The notes: generated by a model from the letters alone, not told the origin. A stretch of DNA of 61,206 bases from a virus (IMGVR_UViG_3300031857_000181:1-61206), one strand, 5' to 3'; counted from the stretch's first letter, positions 9,204 to 19,839 are shown. Translations and numbers: made by a program.

Positions 9204-9797
9204 TTAATATCCCATTCTTTTTTTTCTTTCAACAGTATCAACAATATCCAAGTAAAAATCCTCAAGGTCTCTTTCACCCGACTCAATTTTGTTAATAATT
9301 TCTTTTCTATTATATCCTGTATTTTTATCAATGAAATCAATCATCTCCTCATCAGTTATACCTTCAGGTTTATTAGGTTCAGGACTACATTCATAATCAT
9401 TATCTCTAATATCAACGTCATTAATACTCAATTTAGACTCACCCACAATCGATTCAAATTTAGGTATCATTGTCTTTTCATACCAATCTTCAACAACATA
9501 TATCGCAAACGATTTTTTAATTGTGAATATTGATACAATATCCTTAATCAAACTTTTAGATATTAATAAAATACCATTCTTAAATGTACCATCATTAAAA
9601 TAATAATAGGCACTTATTTGTTCCAAACCATCAACACACCAATCCTCCCTAAGATTACCATAGTTACGAGATTTTTTTCCTATTTTTCTTGTGCCCTTAG
9701 AAATATATCTGTCCAGGTATTGTTCAATTGCCTTCTGTCTTCCTAGGTTCTCTTTTATAAGACTTTTAAATTGTTCTTCAGTTATTATTAGTTTCAT
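9204..9797 (-). CDS. Hypothetical protein with MKLIITEEQF peptide
   Basis: Shared N-terminus. Confidence 0.7.
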   Translation of the reverse strand: MKLIITEEQFKSLIKENLGRQKAIEQYLDRYISKGTRKIGKKSRNYGNLREDWCVDGLEQISAYYYFNDGTFKNGILLISKSLIKDIVSIFTIKKSFAIYVVEDWYEKTMIPKFESIVGESKLSINDVDIRDNDYECSPEPNKPEGITDEEMIDFIDKNTGYNRKEIINKIESGERDLEDFYLDIVDTVERKKRMGY

Positions 9798-9813
9798 ATA
9801 TAATAATTATTTT

Positions 9814-10410
9814 TTAGTTCCCATATGGGGATTTACTAAGCCAATTATGTTTTATTTTATCAATCTGTTCATCAGAAAGACCTGTTCTATGTATCATTAA
9901 AAAATCAGTAACATATATCTTAAATTTTTCTTTAGAAAATTCTGGACTGACATCACCCAAAGATTTTAAATTTGGGGTATATCTTAAATCCAAAGACCTA
10001 CCAACTTGATTCAAATAACCCAAATCCTCAATATTAGAATTTATTAAAGCAAAATCAAAACCAACATATCTCAAATTACCCAAAGATTTTAAGTTCTTTG
10101 TATCAGATAAATCAAACTCACCAGTAACCTTCTTTAACTTACCCAAACTCTCAATCACAGAACCCCTAGCTTTTAAATGTCCCTTAACTCTAACAAGATG
10201 TTTAAATTCTTTAACCGAACTATCCCTAATATCAATATTATCATCAATATAATATCCATCGTAAATTCCACCTTTCTTCTGATTCATAAACTCAAACATA
10301 TCATCCCATTTAATTGGATCAACATCAACAAATGGTGTGAAATCCAAAAGATTTTCACCCTTATTCTCAATTATCAACCTAAGTTGTGATTCATTAATTA
10401 TTATTTTCAT
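9814..10410 (-). CDS. LRR protein (array member 10)
   Basis: N-peptide, FTPFVDV.PIKWD cap, LKSLGNL.YVG repeats. Confidence 0.85.
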   Translation of the reverse strand: MKIIINESQLRLIIENKGENLLDFTPFVDVDPIKWDDMFEFMNQKKGGIYDGYYIDDNIDIRDSSVKEFKHLVRVKGHLKARGSVIESLGKLKKVTGEFDLSDTKNLKSLGNLRYVGFDFALINSNIEDLGYLNQVGRSLDLRYTPNLKSLGDVSPEFSKEKFKIYVTDFLMIHRTGLSDEQIDKIKHNWLSKSPYGN

Positions 10411-10934
10411 AAAAATATAGATCCTTTAACATTTATTTGTTTTCTTAATTCTTCATTAGTTGTGCTATAAGATAATGGGGTATATTGTAAATTAAGAAAA
10501 TCCCCAACATAAGATAACATGGGTAATGATTCAATTTTGGTTCGGTCTAAATCCAAACTACCGCCAACATATTCTAACACCGGTAATGATTCAATTGGTG
10601 CATATCTTAAATCCAAACTCGCACCAACATATTTTAACATCGGTAATGACTTAATTGGTGTTCGGAATAAATCCAAAGTATCACCAAGCTTAACCAAATA
10701 TTTTAATTCGGTTACATCAGAGTCATATAATTCAACATACTCATCAATATAATAACCATCATATGTTTTATCACCCTTCTTCTCCTTCTTTTCCTTTAAT
10801 AATAAAAATATATCATCCCATTTATTAGGGGAAACTCCTGATTCATAAACACCAGTTAAATCAATAAGATTCTTATTCTTATCTTCATTCTCAACAATCA
10901 ATTTTAATTGTGATTCATTAATTATTATTTTCAT
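10407..10934 (-). CDS. LRR protein (array member 9)
   Basis: 20-aa LDLxxxxI.SLP.L.YVGxx repeats; C-cap TPLS..T.EELRKQINV.G.I.L. Confidence 0.85.
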   Translation of the reverse strand: MKIIINESQLKLIVENEDKNKNLIDLTGVYESGVSPNKWDDIFLLLKEKKEKKGDKTYDGYYIDEYVELYDSDVTELKYLVKLGDTLDLFRTPIKSLPMLKYVGASLDLRYAPIESLPVLEYVGGSLDLDRTKIESLPMLSYVGDFLNLQYTPLSYSTTNEELRKQINVKGSIFL

Positions 10935-11602
10935 ATAAATAATTTACCTTGTACACCAAATTTATCATTTATTTCCACGTTAGTCATACCTGACGCATTT
11001 AATTCCTTACCAAGGGGAGAACCCCCCAAAGATAAACTACCATTCACATATTTCAAACTTGGCAATTCAGTTATACCACTTCGCCATAATGTTAAATCGT
11101 CACCATACAATTCATCATCATTATCTGCACCAACACTCTCCAATTTAGGTAAATATTTAATTCCTGACACATCACCATTTACCCCACGACCAACACTTAC
11201 CAAATTCGGAATACTAATAATATCACTATCTCTAAAATAAAAATTCCCATCAACCCTCTCCAATAATGGTAATGTTTTAATCCCTGTCTCAGCTAAATTT
11301 AAATCACCACCCACTTTAATCAAATTAGGTAACGATTTAATTTGGCTAATTTCTAAATCCAAATAACCACCAACCTTAACCAAATATTTTAATTCGGTGA
11401 CATCAGATTTATACAAATTAACATCCCCATCAATATAATATCCATCATACTTACCACCCTTCTTATTATTGATATGTTCAAACATTCCATCCAATTTATT
11501 AGGAGAAACTCCTGATTCATAAACATCAGTTAAATCAATAAGATTCTTGTTTTCATTCTCAACAATCAATTTCAATTGTTCCTCAGTTATTATTATTTTC
11601 AT
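10931..11602 (-). CDS. LRR protein (array member 8)
   Basis: Same architecture with more repeats. Confidence 0.85.
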   Translation of the reverse strand: MKIIITEEQLKLIVENENKNLIDLTDVYESGVSPNKLDGMFEHINNKKGGKYDGYYIDGDVNLYKSDVTELKYLVKVGGYLDLEISQIKSLPNLIKVGGDLNLAETGIKTLPLLERVDGNFYFRDSDIISIPNLVSVGRGVNGDVSGIKYLPKLESVGADNDDELYGDDLTLWRSGITELPSLKYVNGSLSLGGSPLGKELNASGMTNVEINDKFGVQGKLFI

Positions 11603-12048
11603 AGATATATGTTTTCTTTAACATTTATTTGTTTTCTTAATTCTTCTCTATTAGTAGTCCTAGATAATGGGGTATTAAATAAATCCAAATAACCCCCAAC
11701 ATAAGATAACATCGGCAATGACTTAATTGAGGTATACGATAAATCCAACCAACCCCCAACATATGATAACATTGGCAATGATTTAATTTGGGAATATCTT
11801 GAATACAAACGACCCTCAACTCTAACCAAATAATTTAATTCGATTACACCATAGTCATATAATTCAACATCATCATCAATGTAATAACCATCATATCTCC
11901 CACCCTTCTTTTTATTAATATGTAAAAACATATCATCCCACTTATTAGGAGAAACCCCCGATTCATAAACACCAGTTAAATCAATAAGATTCTCACCCTC
12001 ATTCTCAACAATCAATTTCAATTGTTCCTCAGTTATTATTATTTTCAT
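11599..12048 (-). CDS. LRR protein (array member 7)
   Basis: IKSLPMLSYVGG repeats. Confidence 0.85.
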   Translation of the reverse strand: MKIIITEEQLKLIVENEGENLIDLTGVYESGVSPNKWDDMFLHINKKKGGRYDGYYIDDDVELYDYGVIELNYLVRVEGRLYSRYSQIKSLPMLSYVGGWLDLSYTSIKSLPMLSYVGGYLDLFNTPLSRTTNREELRKQINVKENIYL

Positions 12049-12887
12049 AGATGTATTTCTCCCTCAACAGTTATTTTACTTTTTATTGATTCTTTTGTAA
12101 TAAAATCTGACAACGGTGTATTTCTTAAATCCATTTCACCACCAACATATGTTAAAGATGGGAATTGATTCATTCCATAAATATGTTTATTTGAATACAA
12201 TTCAAATTCACCCTCAACACGAGTTAATTTTGGCAAATCTGATACCGAACTACGTGTAAGCCTTAAATTTGGTTCAAAACTATCCTCACCATAGTTATCA
12301 GAATATTTAATCTCCACCAATTCTGGCAAACTTTTAATATTCTTACATTCATTCAAATTTAAAAACCCGGCACGAACCAATTTTGGCAATTCCTTGATAC
12401 CTGATTTATGTAAGACAAGTTCAGCACCAACCTCAACCAACTCTGGCAAATTAACCTCATATGAATATTGCAATAAACACCATTCATCAATCTTAACCAA
12501 GGATGGGAAATTAACCAAACCTGAAGAATTTGTCCCATCTAAAGCCCCAAGTCGTATTATCTTGGGAAATGATTTGAATCTCTGATCTGTTATATCAAGA
12601 GTACCTGTCACAATAACTAATTCATTAAAGAATTGTTCAGCTACTGACATTAATATATCCCATTTCTTTTTCATCTCAAGATGTTTGGTTTCAAGCCCAT
12701 AATCAGATGTCCATGCAAGTATATTCAAATCACCAATAAATTTAATCCCTGACTTGCCCGACTTTCTATACAATCCCATCACTCCATCAAAACCAAATTT
12801 CTCCAACACATCTTCATTTATAATATATAAACTTGATCTGTCCTCAACAATCAATTTTAATTGTTCCTCAGTTATTATTATTTTCAT
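12045..12887 (-). CDS. LRR protein (array member 6)
   Basis: Longest member; LP.LV repeats and conserved C-cap. Confidence 0.85.
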   Translation of the reverse strand: MKIIITEEQLKLIVEDRSSLYIINEDVLEKFGFDGVMGLYRKSGKSGIKFIGDLNILAWTSDYGLETKHLEMKKKWDILMSVAEQFFNELVIVTGTLDITDQRFKSFPKIIRLGALDGTNSSGLVNFPSLVKIDEWCLLQYSYEVNLPELVEVGAELVLHKSGIKELPKLVRAGFLNLNECKNIKSLPELVEIKYSDNYGEDSFEPNLRLTRSSVSDLPKLTRVEGEFELYSNKHIYGMNQFPSLTYVGGEMDLRNTPLSDFITKESIKSKITVEGEIHL

Positions 12888-13453
12888 AGATATATTTCTG
12901 CTTCAACATTTATTTGTTTTCTTAATTCTTCCTTAGTGGTTGTCTTAGATAATGGGGTATTTGTTAAATACAAATCATTACCAACATATTCCAATTTTGG
13001 TAATGATTCAATTTGTGAATTATATAAATCCAAATCAATGCCAACATATTCCAATTTCGGTAAGGATTCAATTTGTGAATTATATAAACTCAAATTACTC
13101 CCAACATATTTTAACATTGGTAAAAATTCAATTTGAGAATGTCTTAAAAATAAACTACTCCCAACATATTTTAACATTGGTAATGATTCAATTTGTGAAT
13201 TATATAAATTCAAATACCCCCTAACTTCAACCAAATATTTTAATTCGGTGACATTAGATTTATGTAATTTAACATCACCATCAATATAATAACCATCGTA
13301 TTTATCACCCTTCTTCTTATTAAGACGCTCAAACATTTCATCCCATTTAATTGGATTAACATCAACAAATGGTGTGAAATCCAAAAGATTATCATCCTTA
13401 TCCTCATTCTCAATTATCAACCTAAGTTGCGATTCATTAATTATTATTTTCAT
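12884..13453 (-). CDS. LRR protein (array member 5)
   Basis: Four near-identical 60-bp/20-aa repeats. Confidence 0.85.
   Translation of the reverse strand: MKIIINESQLRLIIENEDKDDNLLDFTPFVDVNPIKWDEMFERLNKKKGDKYDGYYIDGDVKLHKSNVTELKYLVEVRGYLNLYNSQIESLPMLKYVGSSLFLRHSQIEFLPMLKYVGSNLSLYNSQIESLPKLEYVGIDLDLYNSQIESLPKLEYVGNDLYLTNTPLSKTTTKEELRKQINVEAEIYL
12965..13215. repeat. Tandem 60-bp repeats encoding LRR units
   Basis: Consecutive 60-nt lines align: CCAACATATT....GGTAA..ATTCAATTTG.GAAT. Confidence 0.9.
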
Positions 13454-14223
13454 AGATATATGTTTCCTTTAACTTCTATTTTATTTCTTAATTCTTCCTT
13501 GGTTGTTGATTTAGATAGGGGAGTATTTCTTAAATACAAACCATCACCAACATATTCTAACATTGGTAAAGAACTAATTTTAGAATTCAATAATGTCAAA
13601 CCACCCTCAACATAAGATAACATCGGTAATGATTTAATTTGACAATTACCCAAATCCAAATCCCCACCAACAGATTTTAAGTTGCCCAAATCCGCAAGTG
13701 GGCTATCATTTAAAAACAAATACCCACCAGTAGATTCTAACTTTGGTAATGATTCGATTTTACTATGACTTAAATACAACCCACCACCAACAGATTCCAA
13801 TTCTGGTAATTCACTAATCTTACTTCCTTTTAAAGTCAAATTACGCCCAACATACCTTAATTCAGGTAATGAACGAACATCAACCATTGATAAAAGCATA
13901 TCACCTGTCACCTTCCTTAATTTGGGGAAACCAACAATGTAATTATTAACAACCCTCAAATCCCCATCAACCTGAACCAAGTTATTACAAAAATCAATCA
14001 ACTCAGATGATAACTTACCACCCAATACACCAATCAAATTGAAATCACCAATTACCTTTATCCCAACGTAATTCTTACTCTCCTTGTTATCTTTGTATAA
14101 CTTATACATTTTGTAAAAAGAATCCTTATCCTCCAATAATTCACCAGGGACATTAAATACTCTATCCCTAATGCCATTCTCAACAATCAATCTTAATTGA
14201 CTCTCAGTTATTATTAGTTTCAT
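13450..14223 (-). CDS. LRR protein (array member 4)
   Basis: Repeats LPEL..VG / LPKL..TGG. Confidence 0.85.
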   Translation of the reverse strand: MKLIITESQLRLIVENGIRDRVFNVPGELLEDKDSFYKMYKLYKDNKESKNYVGIKVIGDFNLIGVLGGKLSSELIDFCNNLVQVDGDLRVVNNYIVGFPKLRKVTGDMLLSMVDVRSLPELRYVGRNLTLKGSKISELPELESVGGGLYLSHSKIESLPKLESTGGYLFLNDSPLADLGNLKSVGGDLDLGNCQIKSLPMLSYVEGGLTLLNSKISSLPMLEYVGDGLYLRNTPLSKSTTKEELRNKIEVKGNIYL

Positions 14224-14873
14224 AAACGTATTTCTCCTCCAACATCTATTTTATTTCTTAATTCTTCCTCGGTTGTTGTCTTAGATAGTGGGGTATTACT
14301 TAAAACCAATACACTATCAACATAGTTTAATTTGGGTAACGACTCAATTTTTGTACCTCTTAATGCCAACATGGAACCAACATATTCCAATTCAGGTAAT
14401 GAATTAATATCACTTAAAGTTAAAAATAAGTTACCCCCAACCTCTTTAAGTTTGGGCAACTCTTCAATACCTGAACCATTTAAACCTAAATCACCATTAA
14501 CATACTCCAATTCAGGCAATGAAATATTCCATACATCAGTTCCCCTCAAGTCACCCTCTATTACTTTCAATTTATTAAAACTATTTTTATAATCACCAAC
14601 AGGCAAAACTAAATCACCAGTAACATATACAATTTCATTAAAGAACAACTCAATGTCACTTAATAAATCATACTCCATATCAAAATAATACATATCACCA
14701 ACAATCTTAATCCCATCCCACCCCTTTATATCTTTTTTGTCATTATAAACCTTTAATGCCTTTCTCACACCACCAGCAATTTTTAAAAAATCATTAGGAA
14801 CAGGAAATAATTTAAGTTTATCCTCATTCTCAACAATCAACCTAAGTTGTGATTCATTAATTATTATTTTCAT
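14220..14873 (-). CDS. LRR protein (array member 3)
   Basis: SLPELEYV repeats and C-cap. Confidence 0.85.
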   Translation of the reverse strand: MKIIINESQLRLIVENEDKLKLFPVPNDFLKIAGGVRKALKVYNDKKDIKGWDGIKIVGDMYYFDMEYDLLSDIELFFNEIVYVTGDLVLPVGDYKNSFNKLKVIEGDLRGTDVWNISLPELEYVNGDLGLNGSGIEELPKLKEVGGNLFLTLSDINSLPELEYVGSMLALRGTKIESLPKLNYVDSVLVLSNTPLSKTTTEEELRNKIDVGGEIRL

Positions 14874-15379
14874 AGATTTATTACTCCTTCAACATATATT
14901 TGTTTTCTCAATTCTTCTTTAGTTGTAACCTTAGATAGTGGGGTATGTCTTAAATCCAACCAAAGACCAACATAGTTTAACATTGGTAACGATTTAATTG
15001 GTGTTTCAGATAAATCAAACCAACCCTCAACATAAGATAACATTGGTAATGATTGAATTGAGGACGCATCTAAATTCAAATCACCCCCAACATAGTTTAA
15101 CATTGGTAATGATTTAATTTGGGAGTTATGTAAATCAAACCAACCCTCAACTCTAACCAAATATTTTAATTCGGTAACATCGGACTTATATAAATCAACA
15201 AAACCATCAATATAATACCCATCATATTTCCCGCCCTTCTTTTTATTAAGACGCTCAAACATTTCATCCCATTTAATTGGATTAACATCAACAAATGGTG
15301 TGAAATCCAAAAGATTACCATCCTTATCTTCATTCTCAACAATCAACCTTAACTGACTTTCATTAATTATTATTTTCAT
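14870..15379 (-). CDS. LRR protein (array member 2)
   Basis: 72-nt cap segment 15246-15317 identical to 13320-13391. Confidence 0.85.
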   Translation of the reverse strand: MKIIINESQLRLIVENEDKDGNLLDFTPFVDVNPIKWDEMFERLNKKKGGKYDGYYIDGFVDLYKSDVTELKYLVRVEGWFDLHNSQIKSLPMLNYVGGDLNLDASSIQSLPMLSYVEGWFDLSETPIKSLPMLNYVGLWLDLRHTPLSKVTTKEELRKQIYVEGVINL

Positions 15380-16080
15380 AGATATATGTCTCCTTTAACA
15401 TTTATTTTACTTCTTAACTCTTCCTCAGTAGTGGCTTTAGAAAGGGGTGTGCTGTATAAAAACAAATCGCCACCAACATACAAACCATTAGGTAATGATT
15501 CAATTGATGAATAACTTAAATCCAAGTTAGTCCCAACATATTTTAACATCGGTAAGGATTTAATATTAACTCCAGATAAATCTAAAAATTTCCCAACTTC
15601 TGATAACATTGGTAATGATTTAATTCTATAATCATTAGTGTGATTCAGTTTTAAACCCCCACCAACCTCAACCAAATTGGGGATTGTACCAGAATCTAAA
15701 TCAGATGTATTAATGATTTGTAAAAGCACTCCTTTAAATGAATGTAGATTATCCAAGTTTTTTATTCTCCCAAAACGAATTATTTCCAAATTAGGCATTT
15801 TAAATAAAATGTCAGGGACTGATTCGCGATAAAGATAAGTATTAGTACGACTCCCCATTTTAATTAAATTAAGTTTACTAGGCTTTAATTTAAAAATCTC
15901 AAACAACTCTTTATATTCATCCAATATAACACTCTGCTTAATCTTCATCCCTTTCATAATCTGAAAGGCCATATCAATATTATTAGGGTCAAATGTATTA
16001 ATCAATTCCTTAATGGAATTAATATATTCCTCATTCTCAATTATCAACCTTAATTGTTCCTCAGTTATTATTACTTTCAT
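15376..16080 (-). CDS. LRR protein (array member 1)
   Basis: MKVIITEEQLRLIIE; IKSLPML repeats; TATTTAT motif at 16101-16107 (minus strand). Confidence 0.85.
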   Translation of the reverse strand: MKVIITEEQLRLIIENEEYINSIKELINTFDPNNIDMAFQIMKGMKIKQSVILDEYKELFEIFKLKPSKLNLIKMGSRTNTYLYRESVPDILFKMPNLEIIRFGRIKNLDNLHSFKGVLLQIINTSDLDSGTIPNLVEVGGGLKLNHTNDYRIKSLPMLSEVGKFLDLSGVNIKSLPMLKYVGTNLDLSYSSIESLPNGLYVGGDLFLYSTPLSKATTEEELRSKINVKGDIYL

Positions 16081-16334
16081 TGTCAAATTATATTATCCAT
16101 ATAAATACTATAATGTAATAATAATATACTCACTCACCTCCATTCTCCATCCATTTTCCCCCTCACTCCCGTTCAGGGTAAACCACTGCGTTATGTATGT
16201 CAATTCCCCTCGTTCATATATTATTATTACATTATATTCCCTAACCTAAAAATTTGTTTTTTATATGTAATTAGTTGTTTTTTTTAATACCATAAGTATA
16301 TTTATTAATAAATGAACTTAAAACATATAATTTA

Positions 16335-16865
16335 ATGAAAACAAATATAGTATATGTATTAAATTGTCCCATAACAAAGAAACCTGTGTATGTGGGTAAA
16401 TCAACTCAAGGAGTAGAAAGACCATTCACACATATAGCAGAGAAATCACATTCAGATAAAGTGAATAGGTGGGTAAAATATCTAAAGGAAATGGGTAAAC
16501 AACCACAAGTGTATTTGGTGGAGAATGATGTAGATGATAAACTATTACATGCTAAAGAAACATTTTGGATTAACTACTATATAACCAAAGGTAATTTACT
16601 ATTAAATCAGGTAGGTATTGACCCCGCATTATTACTTAATTATCATGAAGCATTTGATGTGGACGACCCTTTAAGTGATATTCGTTCCTACATTATAAAC
16701 AGAAGAAAACAATTCAAGTTAACACAACCACAATTGGCTGAAAAGGCAGGTGTTGCATTAACGGTGATAAGAAAAATAGAACAAGGAAAAAATAATTTTA
16801 ATATGGAATTATTATTCAAGGTATTAAAATTATTAGGTAATGTTAAAATAGGGATAATAGATTAG
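16335..16865 (+). CDS. GIY-YIG-like nuclease fused to XRE/HTH_3 DNA-binding domain
   Basis: IVYVL..YVGKS..R..H..E..WI..LLN; C-terminal RRKQFKLTQPQLAEKAGVALTVIRKIEQG. Confidence 0.75.
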   Translation: MKTNIVYVLNCPITKKPVYVGKSTQGVERPFTHIAEKSHSDKVNRWVKYLKEMGKQPQVYLVENDVDDKLLHAKETFWINYYITKGNLLLNQVGIDPALLLNYHEAFDVDDPLSDIRSYIINRRKQFKLTQPQLAEKAGVALTVIRKIEQGKNNFNMELLFKVLKLLGNVKIGIID

Positions 16866-17610
16866 AATGTGAAACCAATTCACTCACTCCATAGGTGTCT
16901 ACTTCGTGACACCATTCCATTCGTTCATTCCTTTCACATTCCCCCACTTATATGGGGTCTTTAGTAGTCCATATTATATTCCACTCAAGTCCATTATCTA
17001 ACCCCCTTACATATAATCGTCACCTCATAACCCTCACATTCCCTCCACACAACACTTTCTTATATGTCTCCGACTCCTAATATGGTAAGTGATTCAATCT
17101 CCCCATACATGGTAATTTATCGTCAGTATCAACGATATATCAGACTATCGTCTATTTCAATGATATTATAGTAAATTATATATGGTGGGTTATATGAATG
17201 ACGATTACATAATGCACAATTATACACACATAAGTAACCCATTTGCACAATCATTTAAACATTATCATATCCATCAAAGATGGGGTTGAAGTATTATTCC
17301 TAAGACACTAAAGTGTCCCACGCTACTATTAACCACATCATTCATTTTTAGCTGGGTTTTATATGTAGTAAAAAAAATACCCCTAATGATAGCGTCAGAC
17401 ACAAAAAAGTGTGTTTTTAATAGTCTGGACGATGATTATAGGTGGGAAGAAGTGGAGAATAGTGGGAAGAACACTATTCAAATGTGGGTAAAGGGATTGT
17501 CCCCACCACCTGACACATTGACATTTCCAAATTTTTAACTAATTTTAACATAAAAAATATCACCTGACACTATGTCAGACACATAATTATCAACAAACTT
17601 ATCAACATTT

Positions 17611-17898
17611 ATGAAGTATTTAACAGATATCACCCACCATATAGAACATGACAATAATGACAGGTACGTTGTGGTATATACAAAAGATAATAAGAAGGGA
17701 ACATGTATATACCAAATATCAAAACCCCTATCGAGATTTCAACAGAAGAATACGATAATTCAGATGATACAATGTAATATGTCAGATATCATCACCACCA
17801 TAAACAACAAATCCCCTCTAAGCGAAGGGGACTTAATTAATCTTCAAATGGAAATCAGAACCGACTCCCTTAGTAAATTAAGAGATTATCTATCATAA
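17611..17898 (+). CDS. Hypothetical protein
   Basis: 95-aa ORF inside the intergenic region; no motif. Confidence 0.35.
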   Translation: MKYLTDITHHIEHDNNDRYVVVYTKDNKKGTCIYQISKPLSRFQQKNTIIQMIQCNMSDIITTINNKSPLSEGDLINLQMEIRTDSLSKLRDYLS

Positions 17899-18045
17899 GG
17901 GTCGTCATTACTCATATAACGACGCCACCATCTAACAAACCATGACTGTGGGGATAGTCTAGCAACAATGAACTCCCCAACACCAAATAATATTATACAT
18001 ATGGTGGGGATTATTAAAAACATATATAAAAACAATCCAATCATT

Positions 18046-18435
18046 CTACTTAAAGGTAAATGCGTTTATCCTAATCTCAGTATTTCTACATAACATAGTA
18101 TAACAATCTCTATAAAAATATGTAGAGAACAATGGAGCGAACCAACTATTCATATCATTCCTAACAATTAATCTACAATCATTGTAATCCCACTTACGTG
18201 CTCTACCTCCCAATTGAAATATATTATACTCACCAACAGGAGTGTTACCATAGTTATACTTCCTACGACAATCAATTATCTTGATATTCAAATCAATATA
18301 AGCAATCTCAGATGTACCATATGAGTTCATCTTCTTCTTCACATTAACATTAACCTTATAGGTAACTACCATACCCATCCCTTCAACAACGTGGGTCTTA
18401 TTCTTAAGGTGCTTCTTGATAACATTCTCAATCAT
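18046..18435 (-). CDS. Hypothetical protein (probably early)
   Basis: ORF preceded by a Bacteroidota-type promoter. Confidence 0.65.
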   Translation of the reverse strand: MIENVIKKHLKNKTHVVEGMGMVVTYKVNVNVKKKMNSYGTSEIAYIDLNIKIIDCRRKYNYGNTPVGEYNIFQLGGRARKWDYNDCRLIVRNDMNSWFAPLFSTYFYRDCYTMLCRNTEIRINAFTFK

Positions 18436-18463
18436 ATCTGTATGGGTTTAATTGTGAGGAACA

Positions 18464-18495
18464 CAAAGATAATATATTATATCATCACCACCAAA
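18464..18495 (-). promoter_or_regulatory. Bacteroidota housekeeping promoter (-33 TTTG / -7 TAnnTTTG)
   Basis: Minus strand TTTG-N20-TATCTTTG. Confidence 0.65.
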
Positions 18496-18978
18496 CATTC
18501 CCCATTATATTTTATCTGTCATCTTGTCATCATGTATACGTTAATCATTTCAACCATATACGTAATACATCCCCTGACATCTTGACAGTGGATAACTTGT
18601 TCATATCCCCACAATATACGAAAGGGTTCTACTGACATCCCTGTCATGTGGTTATATGGTTATCATTTGACTTGTAATGATATCAGGAGGGAGTGGGTAA
18701 TACTTTATAACCCCCTGTGGGATATTCCCCCTACTACACCCCCCATTACCCCATATACCCCCCTCCTAGGTATCCCCCCTCCCCCTAAATTGTCGTATTT
18801 GTCGTAAATAGGGGGGACAATCCCCTTTGCAATGTATATACAAAAAAATTCTGGAAAAAATTTTGACGAAAAAGTAAGTACCCCCCTTATATAAGTGAAA
18901 ATGAAAAAAAATATTTTTGGAAAAATTTTGGGAAAAGGGGGAGTTTTGGTTATAATATATTTATAATAAAAATTACAT

Positions 18979-19839
18979 ATGAAAATTATAATTACGGAGA
19001 GACAATTAAATGAATTAATGTCATTGGGGAATTACGATGCTGTTAGATTTATAACAAATAATTTAATTAATGAATTAGATAAATTATTAAAATTACTTGT
19101 AGATGATAAAGGAAAATTTATTTATGATGACTCAACAGAAAGAGAAATAATTTATAAAGTTACCAAAGTTATTGTTAATTTAATTATCGAATTTTATGGA
19201 TTGGAAGATAATGAGGTGAATAGAAAAAAGATTAATTCGTTATTTTATTTGGATTACGATCGTTTTATGAAACTTCAATTAAATATTAAAAACAAGAAAA
19301 TATATTTTGATATTATTATTGTTGATTTTAATCATAGACTTATATTTTATAGTACTATTGGAAAAATGGTAGGTGATTTGGTTGAGTTATTGAAAAAGAA
19401 ATATCCTAAGTGGGGTGAGGTAGGTGATTTCAAGAAGGAAAAGATATTACCATATAAGAAGACACCATTTGAGGGTGATGAGTTAAGTCGTGGTATATAT
19501 GATTGGAATGTAACCTTTGATACATTGGAGAAGTTATTTTATGATTTCTTATTTGAGAATTTGGAGGATGCTGAATATGAGAAATATAAAACGATTATTG
19601 GTAGAAACTTGGATAAGTTAAAAGAGTATGTTGGGGAGAATAATTATAAAACTCACATCTCTTATGTCAAGATGTATCCTAATGTAATGATTAGTACATT
19701 GGAACAAGATAAGGTATATGATAAAAAATATCTTTTGAATTATATTGAATCGTTGCGTGACATTGGAATTGAGAAGAAATTATTTGATAGGGATTTCATT
19801 AATTTCTTGTTTGCGTTTAATAAGTTTATAAAGGGGTAA
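18979..19839 (+). CDS. Hypothetical protein with MKIIITERQL peptide
   Basis: TATTTAT at 18958; shared N-terminus. Confidence 0.75.
   Translation: MKIIITERQLNELMSLGNYDAVRFITNNLINELDKLLKLLVDDKGKFIYDDSTEREIIYKVTKVIVNLIIEFYGLEDNEVNRKKINSLFYLDYDRFMKLQLNIKNKKIYFDIIIVDFNHRLIFYSTIGKMVGDLVELLKKKYPKWGEVGDFKKEKILPYKKTPFEGDELSRGIYDWNVTFDTLEKLFYDFLFENLEDAEYEKYKTIIGRNLDKLKEYVGENNYKTHISYVKMYPNVMISTLEQDKVYDKKYLLNYIESLRDIGIEKKLFDRDFINFLFAFNKFIKG

Larger units (their letters stand above)
16866..18978. other. Largely non-coding region, probable replication origin
   Basis: Divergent gene polarity, C-rich to G/T-rich skew switch near 18.8 kb, paired TGACA/TGTCA motifs, poly-C and A-tract blocks. Confidence 0.55.

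Noticed and set aside
12965-13215. 60-bp tandem repeats as a non-coding or CRISPR repeat
   Set aside because: They are in-frame LRR codons with no unique spacers.
9814-16080. Diversity-generating retroelement driving LRR variation
   Set aside because: No reverse transcriptase or non-coding template repeat in the window; differences are not obviously adenine-restricted.
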